This document shows, piece after piece, positions 10,342-20,746 of a DNA stretch of 64,000 nucleotides (positions are counted from its first letter, which is position 1; every line of letters starts with the position of its first letter). The stretch covers positions 23,235 to 87,234 of the forward strand of contig JANLSD010000014.1 of the NCBI GenBank assembly GCA_031362245.1, given 5' to 3'. The DNA is from Acaryochloridaceae cyanobacterium OTE_25_metabat_464. Its GTDB lineage: Bacteria > Cyanobacteriota > Cyanobacteriia > Thermosynechococcales > Thermosynechococcaceae. The notes under the pieces were generated by a model that saw only the letters and a program-made list of their open reading frames with translations, searched no databases and was not told the DNA's origin. The position numbers and the translations under genes were made by a program.

Positions 10342-10677
10342 ATGAGTAATCAAGATGGCGATCGCTTTGCGGGAGGCTTTCTCGCCGGAACCATTTTTGG
10401 ATCGGTTGTGGGTGGCCTTGTGGGCACTTGGCTTGCCACGAAGCTGATTGAATCAGAGGATGATGCCGCATCGCTCTCAGAAAGTGGGCCAGCCAGTATT
10501 GCCAAAGAGCAGTTTAGGCGCATCAAACAGCGGGTTCTCAATGCCACCGAAGAACCGACCGTAGAGGAAGCCCGCCAAGGGTTAGAGGATAAAATTACTC
10601 AGCTTAATGATGCGATCGATTTAGCCCGTCAGCAGCTCAGTAAGGTCAACGGCAACGGCTCACCGGAAGATTTTTAG
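10342..10677 (+). CDS. YtxH-like small membrane-associated protein
   Basis: 111 aa. Gly-rich hydrophobic N-terminus (GGFLAGTIFGSVVGGLVGTWLA) followed by a charged helical tail. Confidence 0.5.
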   Translation: MSNQDGDRFAGGFLAGTIFGSVVGGLVGTWLATKLIESEDDAASLSESGPASIAKEQFRRIKQRVLNATEEPTVEEARQGLEDKITQLNDAIDLARQQLSKVNGNGSPEDF

Positions 10678-10747
10678 ACAATGGCGCTTAAACCAGCGCT
10701 TTTGAATCGATTAGACTAAAGACAGCGTTCGATCATGCAGGAACATC

Positions 10748-11014
10748 ATGCCCACTGAAGTTGCATCGGTTTTAGGCCCAATTACTGGTGGCCTCAGTTA
10801 TTTTATTGGCATTTATACCTTACTCGTCATTGTTAGATGTCTGTTGACGTGGTTTCCCTCCGTAAACTGGAGTAGCCCTCCTTTTTCGGTGCTCGGCCAA
10901 CTCACAGATCCTTACCTCAATCTCTTTCGGAATGTGATTCCCCCGCTGGGAGGGATGGATTTGTCTCCCATGCTGGCGATTTTTGTGCTTCAGATTTTAG
11001 GCTCGTTGCTGTAA
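10748..11014 (+). CDS. YggT/Ycf19-family membrane protein
   Basis: 88 aa; ...VRCLLTWFP...DPYLNLFRNVIPPLGGMDLSPMLAIFVLQ is the YggT signature. Confidence 0.75.
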   Translation: MPTEVASVLGPITGGLSYFIGIYTLLVIVRCLLTWFPSVNWSSPPFSVLGQLTDPYLNLFRNVIPPLGGMDLSPMLAIFVLQILGSLL

Positions 11015-11163
11015 AAGGTGAATCGGCCTTTGCACTGTGTTGGGCTTTGGCCGACATCCCCCACGGCTGCGTTGTGCTTACGCTTCGCAGAGATTCAAAG
11101 GCATAGATCTCAGAACGGATTCAGCTTGTACAATAGATGCCTGTGCTATTGGATAAGGCTTGC

Positions 11164-13509
11164 ATGTTGACCTCTGCCCCGTTTACACCTGAAGAGATTG
11201 CATCAGAAGGGCTTAAGCCCCAAGAGTACGAAGATATTGTCAAACGTCTGGGTCGTCACCCTAACCGAGCAGAACTCGGGATGTTTGGGGTGATGTGGTC
11301 AGAGCACTGCTGCTACAAAAACTCGCGTCCCTTGCTGAAGCAGTTTCCCACGACGGGAGATCGCGTCCTGGTTGGCCCTGGTGAAAATGCAGGGGTGGTG
11401 GACTTGGGCGATGGACTTCAGTTGGCCTTTAAGATTGAATCCCACAATCATCCTTCGGCAGTGGAGCCGTTTCAGGGCGCTGCCACAGGGGTTGGCGGCA
11501 TTCTGCGAGATATTTTTACGATGGGTGCAAGGCCGATCGCCCTGCTCAATTCCCTCCGCTTTGGCGACTTAGCCGATGCCCGTACCCGACGCTTATTTAC
11601 GGGAGTCGTCTCGGGTATTTCTCACTACGGCAACTGCGTGGGCGTACCGACCGTAGGTGGAGAAGTCTATTTTGACCCTGCTTACTCTGGCAATCCTTTG
11701 GTCAATGTGATGGCTTTGGGACTCATGGAAACCCCTGAGATTGTGAAATCTGGGGCGGCAGGCATTGGCAACCCTGTTCTTTATGTGGGTTCCACCACGG
11801 GGCGGGATGGCATGGGCGGAGCCAGCTTTGCCAGTGCAGAACTGAGTGACGCATCAGAAGCCGATCGCCCAGCAGTACAAGTCGGCGACCCGTTCTTAGA
11901 AAAATCTTTAATTGAGGCATGTTTAGAAGCCTTCAAAACAGGGGCAGTGGTTGCAGCTCAGGATATGGGCGCTGCGGGGATTACCTGTTCTACAGCGGAA
12001 ATGTCCGCCAAGGGTGGCGTTGGGGTTGACTTTGATCTCGACAAAATCCCCGTCCGTGAGTCTGGCATGGTGCCCTACGAGTACATGCTCTCCGAATCTC
12101 AGGAGCGGATGCTGTTTGTCGCCCACAAAGGCCGTGAGCAAGAGCTGATTGATATCTTCCATCGCTGGGGCCTTCAGGCAGTGGTGGCAGGCGAGGTGAT
12201 GGAAGACCCGATTGTGCGGATTCGGTTTAAGGGCGGGATTGCGGCGGAGATTTTAGCCACGGCCCTCTCCGACAACACACCCATCTACGAGCGTGAGGTA
12301 CTGGCGGAACCACCTGCCTATGCCCTAGAGGCTTGGGAGTGGAGCTGCGATCGCCTCCCCCCTGCGCTTCCCACAGGGCTAGGGCTCCTGGGTGCCCCTA
12401 AATCCTGGACTCAAGTTCTTAAAGAACTTCTGGCAACGCCAACGATCGCCTCAAAACGATGGGTCTATCGTCAGTATGACCAACAAGTCCAAAACAATAC
12501 GGTCATGCTCCCTGGCGGCGCAGATGCTGCTGTGGTGCGCTTGCGTCCTGTAGACCCACCCATGCCTGCCCACCAAGCCACAAAGGGCGTAGCTGCAACC
12601 GTAGACTGTAACTCCCGCTATGTGTACCTCGACCCCTATGAAGGGGCTAAGGCCACGGTTGCAGAAGCGGCGCGCAACCTAAGCTGCGTGGGTGCAGAAC
12701 CGATCGCCGTTACAGATAATCTCAACTTCGGCAGTCCTGAAAAGCCCATTGGCTACTGGCAGTTAGCAGAAGCTTGCCGAGGCTTGGCGGATGCCTGTCG
12801 CGCTATGAAAACCCCTGTGACAGGTGGCAATGTCTCGCTGTACAACGAAACCTTAGACAGTCGTGGAAAGCCTCAGCCCATCTATCCAACACCCGTGGTT
12901 GGGATGGTGGGGCTGATTCCTGACCTGAGCCAAGTTTGTGGGCAGGGCTGGAAAGTGGAGGGCGATCGCATTTATCTTCTCGGCAGTCCCTTGGGTGCCC
13001 CTACGCCTCTAGTCACCCTAGGCGCTTCAGAATATCTCACCGTCATTCACAACACCGTTGCAGGCCGTCCCCACCGTGTGGACTTTGACCTAGAAACTGC
13101 CGTACAAGCTGCTTGCCGTCACGGCATCCGGCAGGGATGGGTGCGTTCTGCCCATGACAGCGCAGAGGGGGGTGTGGCGATTGCCCTAGCAGAATCCTGC
13201 ATTTCGGGACAGCTTGGCGCACAGCTCACGGTGCCCCATCCTTCAGAGAGCCTACGCTGGGATGAAGTGCTCTTTGGAGAAGGGGGTGCCCGCATCTTGG
13301 TCTCCGTCAATCCAGCCCATCAGACTGATTGGGAAACGCACATAACGCAAGTTCTCGGCAGCTCATGGCAGCATTTGGGATTTGTAAGGGGTGCAGCCGA
13401 TCCCTTAGAACTCAAAACCGAGGATAACCTGACATTAATCTCGGCTAGTATGGAGGAGATCGCTACTCCTTGGCTTACGGCGATCGAGACGTATTTACAG
13501 GCTGACTAA
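11164..13509 (+). CDS. purL: Phosphoribosylformylglycinamidine synthase subunit PurL
   Basis: FGAM synthase II motifs: [39 protein letters not shown]. The ORF opens at 11137, but [12 protein letters not shown] at 11164 fits the family N-terminus. Confidence 0.92.
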   Translation: MLTSAPFTPEEIASEGLKPQEYEDIVKRLGRHPNRAELGMFGVMWSEHCCYKNSRPLLKQFPTTGDRVLVGPGENAGVVDLGDGLQLAFKIESHNHPSAVEPFQGAATGVGGILRDIFTMGARPIALLNSLRFGDLADARTRRLFTGVVSGISHYGNCVGVPTVGGEVYFDPAYSGNPLVNVMALGLMETPEIVKSGAAGIGNPVLYVGSTTGRDGMGGASFASAELSDASEADRPAVQVGDPFLEKSLIEACLEAFKTGAVVAAQDMGAAGITCSTAEMSAKGGVGVDFDLDKIPVRESGMVPYEYMLSESQERMLFVAHKGREQELIDIFHRWGLQAVVAGEVMEDPIVRIRFKGGIAAEILATALSDNTPIYEREVLAEPPAYALEAWEWSCDRLPPALPTGLGLLGAPKSWTQVLKELLATPTIASKRWVYRQYDQQVQNNTVMLPGGADAAVVRLRPVDPPMPAHQATKGVAATVDCNSRYVYLDPYEGAKATVAEAARNLSCVGAEPIAVTDNLNFGSPEKPIGYWQLAEACRGLADACRAMKTPVTGGNVSLYNETLDSRGKPQPIYPTPVVGMVGLIPDLSQVCGQGWKVEGDRIYLLGSPLGAPTPLVTLGASEYLTVIHNTVAGRPHRVDFDLETAVQAACRHGIRQGWVRSAHDSAEGGVAIALAESCISGQLGAQLTVPHPSESLRWDEVLFGEGGARILVSVNPAHQTDWETHITQVLGSSWQHLGFVRGAADPLELKTEDNLTLISASMEEIATPWLTAIETYLQAD

Positions 13510-13587
13510 ATAGCCTTGCCTGTGCTTCAATCGTAATCTCCCCCATTTTCTCCCCCCAAAATTTTCCGATCAGGAGTCATTCCCAGC

Positions 13588-15114
13588 ATGGCCGTTTTTT
13601 CCTCTGCGTCTTTTGACGGTTTGGAGTCTCTTGCGACCCTCAACGAAGGTGTCGATTTAGTCCCTGACCACTCTGACAAACCTGAGGAAGCCTGTGGTGT
13701 CTTTGGCATTTATGCCCCAGGCATAGAGGTTGCCAAATTGACTTACTTTGGTCTGTTTGCCCTTCAACATCGTGGTCAAGAATCGGCAGGGATTGCCACC
13801 TTTGTGGGGGATAAGGTCTCGCTCCATAAGGATATGGGACTTGTCACCCAGGTGTTTGATGAGGATATTCTCAACACGTTACCTGGCCCTATTTCCGTAG
13901 GACACACCCGCTACTCCACCACTGGTTCTAGCCGTGTGGTGAATGCCCAGCCTGTGTTAGTGCAAACGCGCTTAGGGCCGCTGGTTTTGGCCCATAACGG
14001 TAACTTGGTGAATACCGTTGCATTACGTGATCAGCTTATGGCTGATAATTGGGAGCTGGCAAGCACCACAGACTCTGAAGGCATTGCCTGTGCGATCGCC
14101 CATGAAGTACAGCTTGGCAAAGACTGGCTTGAAGGTGCAATTGCAGCCTGCCAGATCTGTGAAGGAGCCTTTAGTCTCGTCGTCGGCACCCCTGATGGCA
14201 TCATGGGCATCCGTGACCCCCACGGCATCCGGCCTTTGGTGATTGGGTTACTCCCCAAGGAAAATCCTGAAGATGATGGGCCGCTTCACTACGTTTTGGC
14301 GTCTGAAAGCTGTGCGTTAGACATTATTGGCGCTGAGTTTATCCGTGATGTAGATCCAGGGGAACTGGTCTGGATTACTGACAAAGGCATTGCGTCTTTT
14401 CACTGGTCAACTCAGCCAGAACGCAAGCTTTGCATTTTTGAGATGATTTATTTTGCACGGCCCGATAGCCAAATGCATGGCGAAAGCCTCTATAGCTATC
14501 GCACCCGTATTGGTCACTATTTGGCCCAAGAAGCGCCCATTGATGCAGATATTGTGATTGCGGTACCGGACTCTGGCATCCCTGCGGCGATTGGTTATTC
14601 CCAGAAATCGGGGATTCCCTATGTGGAAGGTTTGATTAAAAATCGCTATGTGGGCCGCACCTTTATTCAGCCTACGCAAAAAATGCGGGAAATGGGCATT
14701 CGCATGAAGCTGAACCCATTACGGGATGTTTTGGAAGGCAAGCGGGTGATTATTGTGGATGATTCCATTGTGCGGGGCACTACGAGTCGCAAAATTGTGA
14801 AGGCGCTGCGGGATGCTGGGGCAACGGAAGTTCACATGTGTATTTCTTCTCCCCCTGTGACGCATCCTTGCTTCTACGGCATTGATACCGACAGTCAAGA
14901 TCACCTGATTGCTGCAACCAAAACCGTGGCTGAAATTGCGGAACAGATTGGGGTCGATTCGCTGTATTACCTGAGTTGGGAGGGAATGCTGGAGGCAACT
15001 CGCGAAAGTACCACCAGTTTTTGCTCGGCTTGCTTTACGGGGAACTATCCCATCACGATTCCAGAACCATTGAAGCGATCAAAGCTGATGCTGGAAGAAA
15101 CGGCGATCGCCTAA
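13588..15114 (+). CDS. purF: Amidophosphoribosyltransferase
   Basis: Propeptide followed by the CGVFGI nucleophile, HTRYSTTG, the PRTase loop VIIVDDSIVRGTT, and C-terminal Cys residues. Confidence 0.92.
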   Translation: MAVFSSASFDGLESLATLNEGVDLVPDHSDKPEEACGVFGIYAPGIEVAKLTYFGLFALQHRGQESAGIATFVGDKVSLHKDMGLVTQVFDEDILNTLPGPISVGHTRYSTTGSSRVVNAQPVLVQTRLGPLVLAHNGNLVNTVALRDQLMADNWELASTTDSEGIACAIAHEVQLGKDWLEGAIAACQICEGAFSLVVGTPDGIMGIRDPHGIRPLVIGLLPKENPEDDGPLHYVLASESCALDIIGAEFIRDVDPGELVWITDKGIASFHWSTQPERKLCIFEMIYFARPDSQMHGESLYSYRTRIGHYLAQEAPIDADIVIAVPDSGIPAAIGYSQKSGIPYVEGLIKNRYVGRTFIQPTQKMREMGIRMKLNPLRDVLEGKRVIIVDDSIVRGTTSRKIVKALRDAGATEVHMCISSPPVTHPCFYGIDTDSQDHLIAATKTVAEIAEQIGVDSLYYLSWEGMLEATRESTTSFCSACFTGNYPITIPEPLKRSKLMLEETAIA

Positions 15115-15127
15115 TTCTATAAATAGC

Positions 15128-15784
15128 GTGACCCATGCAATCCTGTTTGACCTAGACGGAACATTAAGCGATCCAAAGGTTGGGATTACAGGCTCGATTC
15201 AGTCCGCCTTATCTGCGTTGGATTACCCAGTGCCAGAGCAGGATGATCTGCTGTGGTGCATTGGGCCACCTTTGCATCACAGTTTTGCCCAGTTGCTCCA
15301 GACTACGGATTCAGCTTTGGTGGATCGCGCCATTGGCTTGTATCGCGATCGCTTTTCTACGGTTGGGCTGTTTGAAAATACGCTCTATCCTGAGATTCCG
15401 AGGGTGCTTCAGGCTTTGCGCGGGTTAGGCTATTGCTGTTTTGTGGCAACTTCTAAGCCGCAAGTGTTTGCACGGCGCATTATTGAGCATTTTGAGTTAG
15501 CCCCTTTGCTAGAGGGCATTTACGGCAGCGAATTAAATGGCACCCGCAGCGATAAAGGTGAGTTGATTCAGTATGTTTTGGAGCGGGAGAAACTTGCATC
15601 TCAGGCGTGTGTGATGGTGGGCGATCGCTCCCACGATATGATCGGGGCAAAGCGTCATGGGCTGAAGACGATTGGCGTTACCTACGGCTATGGCACTATT
15701 CCCGAACTCATGGCCCACGGAGCAGATTACCTTGCCCATAAACCAGAAGAAATTATCCCTATGGTTGAAGCGATTGCGCTCTAA
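15128..15784 (+). CDS. HAD-superfamily hydrolase (phosphoglycolate phosphatase-like)
   Basis: 218 aa with motif I FDLDGTLSD, motif II ATSK, and motif III-IV GDRSHD. GTG start. Confidence 0.8.
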   Translation: MTHAILFDLDGTLSDPKVGITGSIQSALSALDYPVPEQDDLLWCIGPPLHHSFAQLLQTTDSALVDRAIGLYRDRFSTVGLFENTLYPEIPRVLQALRGLGYCCFVATSKPQVFARRIIEHFELAPLLEGIYGSELNGTRSDKGELIQYVLEREKLASQACVMVGDRSHDMIGAKRHGLKTIGVTYGYGTIPELMAHGADYLAHKPEEIIPMVEAIAL

Positions 15785-15844
15785 GTCCTCAAAAATGATG
15801 GAGTAATTTTTCTGTCCTGTTTCTGTCTATAGCTGGCACACTGC

Positions 15845-16336
15845 CTAAGCTGGGGCGATCGCCGTTACTGTCCCATTAGAACCTCTATACTTGAGTGCCC
15901 CATCCTGAACGTATAGAATTCCACCGCCTGCGGGGTTTACGGATGGCGCAACGGTAGCATTTGCGATCGCAATTACACCTTTTCCTTTACCAAACTGATC
16001 GCTGGTGCGGATGCCGATGTTGCCTCCTTCTGCTAACCGTTGGATCACGGCGATCGTCTCGAAGCCTTTATTGTCGGCCTTGCGACCATTGATCTGGAAC
16101 TTGTCGGACTGGACGGCGATCTCGTATTTTCCGGCTGGGGCGATTTGATCGGTTTCGACGAATTCGATGTCGGGATTGGGGTCGTCGATTCTGATTGAGG
16201 CTGCGCCGCCGCTGGTGCCTGATTGTTTGATGTGCAGGGCGGGTTGGTTATAGTCTGGGTTTGTGGCAGATATTTCTAGAACGGAGGATGCTGAGTTGAG
16301 GGTGCCTTCGTTGGATGTGATAGATTGAGTAGCCAT
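15845..16336 (-). CDS. Orphan-operon gene 6: small Gly/beta-rich protein (163 aa) with a tail-fibre-like C-terminus
   Basis: ATG at 16336 is preceded by CAGGAGAAAACA (SD). It has no TM segment or signal peptide. The C-terminus GGGILYVQDGALKYRGSNGTVTAIAPA resembles fibre/spike-tip modules. No firm family assignment. Confidence 0.6.
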   Translation of the reverse strand: MATQSITSNEGTLNSASSVLEISATNPDYNQPALHIKQSGTSGGAASIRIDDPNPDIEFVETDQIAPAGKYEIAVQSDKFQINGRKADNKGFETIAVIQRLAEGGNIGIRTSDQFGKGKGVIAIANATVAPSVNPAGGGILYVQDGALKYRGSNGTVTAIAPA

Positions 16337-16417
16337 TGTTTTCTCCTGTAAGTTAATTTTGATTTTGTTATTGAGAGTTTCCTCCAACCCGACCCCATTT
16401 TTATTTCGGCAGTAAAA

Positions 16418-19400
16418 TTAGATCACCTTAAGTGTTGGATCACCATTGATCATCTGAAATTTGTCGGTCGAACTTGCTTTTGAAAAGTTTTTGTTAGCGG
16501 CGGCGAGCGCATCACCCACCGTTCCACCCGCCAAAAATTCATCCAGCAATGCTTTTATGGCGGGTGCCCATTGAAGGGTATTGGTAAGCCGATCCTTCCC
16601 TGACTGGGTTACGATAACGACGGTATCGCCCCTAATCTTGGTGATACATTGACTCGTTGCACAGCCAGCCAGTACCACAATTTTTGCTTTGGCAGTATTG
16701 AGGAGGTTGGTCAGTTCCGGACATGTGATATCCGGTTTCTGTCTACCCGGATCATACGGTGTCAATCCCAATGTTCTGTTCGTCCCAAGCACCGTGTGTC
16801 CGAAATAGACAACGACCGAACCTGTCGATTGCAGTGAACTCTTAAAGTCAATAGCGGCAGTGCTTGGATTGCTGATAAGATTGATTGAAAGACCGGCCAG
16901 ATCGAATCGGTTTGCTCCCATATCACTGGGGCTTTGATCCACAATCCAATCAAAAAACTGCTGCCTTGTATAGCCGACATCTAGTTTCTTAAAATAGACG
17001 TGCATGAAAATGTCCGTGGTTGGTATATTATGCAGGCTCAATTTCTTGACACCTTGTTTCGGTGTTTGTAGCTCCACCTCGACTGATTCTGTGGCTCCTT
17101 CCGATTCTTCCTCATCTGAGTTCTCAGTCAGCCAGTCAAATTCTTCTCTATCTTCTTGAGCAAAGGCTTCTACAAATGCCTCTTCGGCTGAATCGTCTCG
17201 TGCGTTCAGAGAGGCTTCGTCCTCAGAAACTTCATCGTCCTCAGCAATTTCATGTTCTAGAGCCTCTAACGATTTAGAGGCACGCCTATGCCAGGGCGAG
17301 CCAGCATACTCGCCGTCCATGTATGCTGAACCCGAGGTGTATTTGTAAATATGTACCTCCTTGTCAGAGAGATAGTCGACTCGTACGTCGACCTCAACAC
17401 CCGCAGCCACTGTCACAATCGCGACGGCGTTTTGGAAAAGTGCCAGACTTGGAGCATCAGCACTATTCTTTGACATGAAGCCAGGTTCCAGCCGATAATT
17501 GCCGATCTTGAAATATAGTTCACTCAGTTTCGCGGCGAGCCATGCTTTGCCGGATGAGCGAATGGTTGTCTGTAAGCCTGAGCAGGTGATCTGTAATAGT
17601 TCGGGCTTTGGTCTGCCACTGCCAGGGAGATTGGCAGTCATGCAATAGTTGTGGTGTACGTCGCCCGAAACCAGCACCAGTGTTTTCACTTGGCTCCCCG
17701 TCTTGCGCATAGCGTCGACTAGTCCCCATAAATCGCGCCAGCTCTTATCCCGAATCATATGCTCCAAGTCCGTAGCTCTGCGAAAGACGCGGAGCAATGA
17801 GTCTGAAGCTATGCCCAGCATCGTAGAACTTGTTGCAGCAGCAACAAGGGACGGTAGATTAGCCTGATCCCAAGCCTCAGCAGTTGTTTCGGGCTTCATC
17901 ATGATATTCATCATCTGCTTCTGCAGAAGCAGCGGCGTAGACAGTGCGATGAAAGCTACTGGTCCGGCTGGCCCCTTCTCGACGAGGATTTGACGCATCC
18001 ACGCAAGTTGAGCGTCGTCGATAGTCTGCGACATAGGACGCTTTTTCGGATCGTCGTGGTCAATGATCCTTAACTTGTCGTCGGCTGGAATCATCAATTT
18101 GCGAGTCCGGCAGTCGGGAACCAAAAACGGTGGATCGAACGGGAGTTTATAGTGCCACTCCAGACTCATGCCCGACTGGTAGCTGGCTTTTGGATCCTTT
18201 GGTGGCAATGGAGTGAAGCAAGCACGATGGATACATCTGCGTAGCGCTGGTAGCGCATCAATGCCCTGCTGCTGCGCTGCTGCGAGAGCTTTGACCCGTG
18301 GGTCATCAATTTTCCACTGCGACGGAGCCTTATTGCACCAGCCTTGGTACATCCAGTAAGCGGCCAAGCTGTCAGTCAATGTCTTGGGCCACATTCGGTA
18401 AGCATCCTTTTCATTGTGAAGCATCCGCACCCATGACAGGTCAAAGTTCCAGTCGTCAGTCGCCTCATGGTCGTCGAGCATGAGGAACGTGGGAACCTGC
18501 GCAAGTAACACGCGCACGCTGCGTGAACTAGTCCAGGAGCGCTCGTAGAGATATGCGTACTCAGCAAAGTCAGCTGCGTGTCGTCCCCCTGCAGCCGCAA
18601 GATGCCCACGATGATTCGGCTGAACTATCGCTGAATTGGAGCCATCAACAACTGTAGGAAGCAAAGGTTCAAAATCCGGGATCTGCCATAGCAGGAAGTT
18701 GTGGGAGATGTAGCGGTTGGCCATCGGATTGCGCCGTACTATAGTACGGAAACCAACTGTCCAGTGGGGCAGAAATGCCCGATAAGATCCACTCTTGAGA
18801 TTCAATTTGTCGACGGACTTGAGAAGGGTAAGCGCTTTACTATAGGTTTCCTGGTCTGATACCTTGCCTCCCAGCCCCCACGTCAGCCCGGTCATAAGTT
18901 GATGGGCCAGAACCCGACTCTCCTTATCTGTAGTACCAGTCTTTGGATATCGGTGGTAGATGCTTTTGATCTCCGGATACTTCTCATATAATTCATCGAG
19001 TTTCTTGAGGTCGTCTCTGACATTTTCAACAAACTTTGTGTCAGGGTCTTTGTATGCCTTATATCGGTGCGCGAACCTGCCAGCCCACGCCCCATCGATG
19101 AGCTTATCGCGCACGGATGAGGCCGAATCCACAGGCCCTGGAATCCGTGCGGCGAAGCGTCCCCTAATCATCATTTCGCCATGATCATCACCAATCTGAT
19201 CGGAGTAAATCTGATCCCCGCCGAAAAACAGGAAGTGCGGCCACTTCTCCTTCGGCGCGGTGCGCAGCCAGTCACCAAGACCGTGGAGCATGTCTGGCCC
19301 CCAGTCTTTGCCATTTTCCTTGTCGCCGGGGTACCATCGGCACGAACCTGTCGCGAATTTTAACTGTTTGTCGTATTTTTGACGAAGCGTGCGAAAGGTG

Positions 19401-20662
19401 AGCCACTCGTTCTGACTGAGCGACGCACTCGCAAGCTGCTTTTTCATAGATGTGGCAGCCAACGTCGTCAACTTTGGAAAGACGCCCTCGAATTCCTTTT
19501 GTGCGATAGGAATCGCACCGGATGACGGCAGCGGTACTACTTCAACTGTGTAGTCATAGAACTTTTCCTCTTGCAGATCGTCAATTTCCACTGCTGCAAA
19601 ATGCCGACCACCAACACGCACCGTCGAAGCATAACGCGATGACTCTTTACTATCGCCCGTCTTCTTGTATCGCACTCGAATCATGCTGGGCGTTACCGTC
19701 TCCATCCAAATTACCGAGCGTGCGTAGTCGGTGTAGCGAACGAAGGGACCCACTCGAATGTGCGCAGGAGTTGCACGGATCTGCACCTTGCTAAGTTGCG
19801 AGAGGAATGGTTTAGCAACCCGGATGGGTCGGCGCGTAATGTGCTCATGTTGTAAAAATCTCTCAATGCGGCTGCCAAACGCGGTATCATCCTGCACGGC
19901 AAGATCCATCTCTTGCTGGTAGTGGGGCCAGAAGTTCTTATCTGCTTTCTTATCATCACGCACCAGTGTCCAGTCAAACCAAGTACCACCGTATTCGATC
20001 TTTGGGTCGTCTGGATTCAAGAATGCTCCCGATCGGATAGCGCACACCCGGTCACGCACCTCGAACATAAAAGGCTGGGTGAGGTCAATTTTACTGAAGT
20101 AAGCATGCCCTTTTCTTTTCTCACTGAACTCACCGTGCTCACTGAGGTTGCCCTGGTGGAAGGCATACTCGCCATTGGTGACTGGCATATCCTTATCATC
20201 GACAACAAGGATATGCGGCAGATCTCGAACTTCTTCCTGCTGAGTTTTTATCGGCTTAGGCATTAACTGCTCGAATCGATCCATTGTCTCAGTATGGGAG
20301 GGAGAATAGCTTTCTTCCCACAGTGCAGCCTCTGTCTCAAAATTGCTCTCTCGATATTCATTTTCCTCTGCTTCCATAGAGACTGCTTCATCTTCTCCGG
20401 AATAGACTGAGACTGGGATGGTTTCTTGTTCATCTAATTCACCGAAAAAATCCTCAAATTCTTCCACTCTACCAGTCGCCTCCTCTTCCTCAAAAGCCTC
20501 AAGAAAAGGACTTTCTGGCTGAAACCCAGGCGCAGGAACTCTCCACTGTGCGATTCTTGCCTCGTCAGCCAGAAACTCCTCATTAAGAAATGGCAACTCT
20601 AGTTCTTGTCTAGGTTCGTGGGAATCAAAAGAGTTCTGGAGTGGATCGGATGAGGAAGACAT
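16418..20662 (-). CDS. Orphan-operon gene 5: 1414-aa multidomain protein (acidic ESPF leader, PhoD-like metallophosphatase, acidic linker, C-terminal His/Cys clan-CD/CHAT-like domain)
   Basis: SD TTAGGAGATATCC precedes the ATG. PhoD_N-like sandwich at about aa 300-375. Metallophosphatase motifs: FATGSCRWY (436), FFGGDQIYSD (479), LMLDDHEATDDW (727), LVSGDVHHNY (997). Acidic linker at aa 1130-1200. C-terminal VVVYFGHT (1284) and IVVLAGCAT (1328). Confidence 0.8.
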   Translation of the reverse strand: MSSSSDPLQNSFDSHEPRQELELPFLNEEFLADEARIAQWRVPAPGFQPESPFLEAFEEEEATGRVEEFEDFFGELDEQETIPVSVYSGEDEAVSMEAEENEYRESNFETEAALWEESYSPSHTETMDRFEQLMPKPIKTQQEEVRDLPHILVVDDKDMPVTNGEYAFHQGNLSEHGEFSEKRKGHAYFSKIDLTQPFMFEVRDRVCAIRSGAFLNPDDPKIEYGGTWFDWTLVRDDKKADKNFWPHYQQEMDLAVQDDTAFGSRIERFLQHEHITRRPIRVAKPFLSQLSKVQIRATPAHIRVGPFVRYTDYARSVIWMETVTPSMIRVRYKKTGDSKESSRYASTVRVGGRHFAAVEIDDLQEEKFYDYTVEVVPLPSSGAIPIAQKEFEGVFPKLTTLAATSMKKQLASASLSQNEWLTFRTLRQKYDKQLKFATGSCRWYPGDKENGKDWGPDMLHGLGDWLRTAPKEKWPHFLFFGGDQIYSDQIGDDHGEMMIRGRFAARIPGPVDSASSVRDKLIDGAWAGRFAHRYKAYKDPDTKFVENVRDDLKKLDELYEKYPEIKSIYHRYPKTGTTDKESRVLAHQLMTGLTWGLGGKVSDQETYSKALTLLKSVDKLNLKSGSYRAFLPHWTVGFRTIVRRNPMANRYISHNFLLWQIPDFEPLLPTVVDGSNSAIVQPNHRGHLAAAGGRHAADFAEYAYLYERSWTSSRSVRVLLAQVPTFLMLDDHEATDDWNFDLSWVRMLHNEKDAYRMWPKTLTDSLAAYWMYQGWCNKAPSQWKIDDPRVKALAAAQQQGIDALPALRRCIHRACFTPLPPKDPKASYQSGMSLEWHYKLPFDPPFLVPDCRTRKLMIPADDKLRIIDHDDPKKRPMSQTIDDAQLAWMRQILVEKGPAGPVAFIALSTPLLLQKQMMNIMMKPETTAEAWDQANLPSLVAAATSSTMLGIASDSLLRVFRRATDLEHMIRDKSWRDLWGLVDAMRKTGSQVKTLVLVSGDVHHNYCMTANLPGSGRPKPELLQITCSGLQTTIRSSGKAWLAAKLSELYFKIGNYRLEPGFMSKNSADAPSLALFQNAVAIVTVAAGVEVDVRVDYLSDKEVHIYKYTSGSAYMDGEYAGSPWHRRASKSLEALEHEIAEDDEVSEDEASLNARDDSAEEAFVEAFAQEDREEFDWLTENSDEEESEGATESVEVELQTPKQGVKKLSLHNIPTTDIFMHVYFKKLDVGYTRQQFFDWIVDQSPSDMGANRFDLAGLSINLISNPSTAAIDFKSSLQSTGSVVVYFGHTVLGTNRTLGLTPYDPGRQKPDITCPELTNLLNTAKAKIVVLAGCATSQCITKIRGDTVVIVTQSGKDRLTNTLQWAPAIKALLDEFLAGGTVGDALAAANKNFSKASSTDKFQMINGDPTLKVI

Positions 20663-20746
20663 GGATATCTCCTAAATATATTGGGTTAATCAATGAAAAT
20701 AATCATGAAAAGCCTACGACTAAGTTTCTAAGCCTTGGCTTACGGA

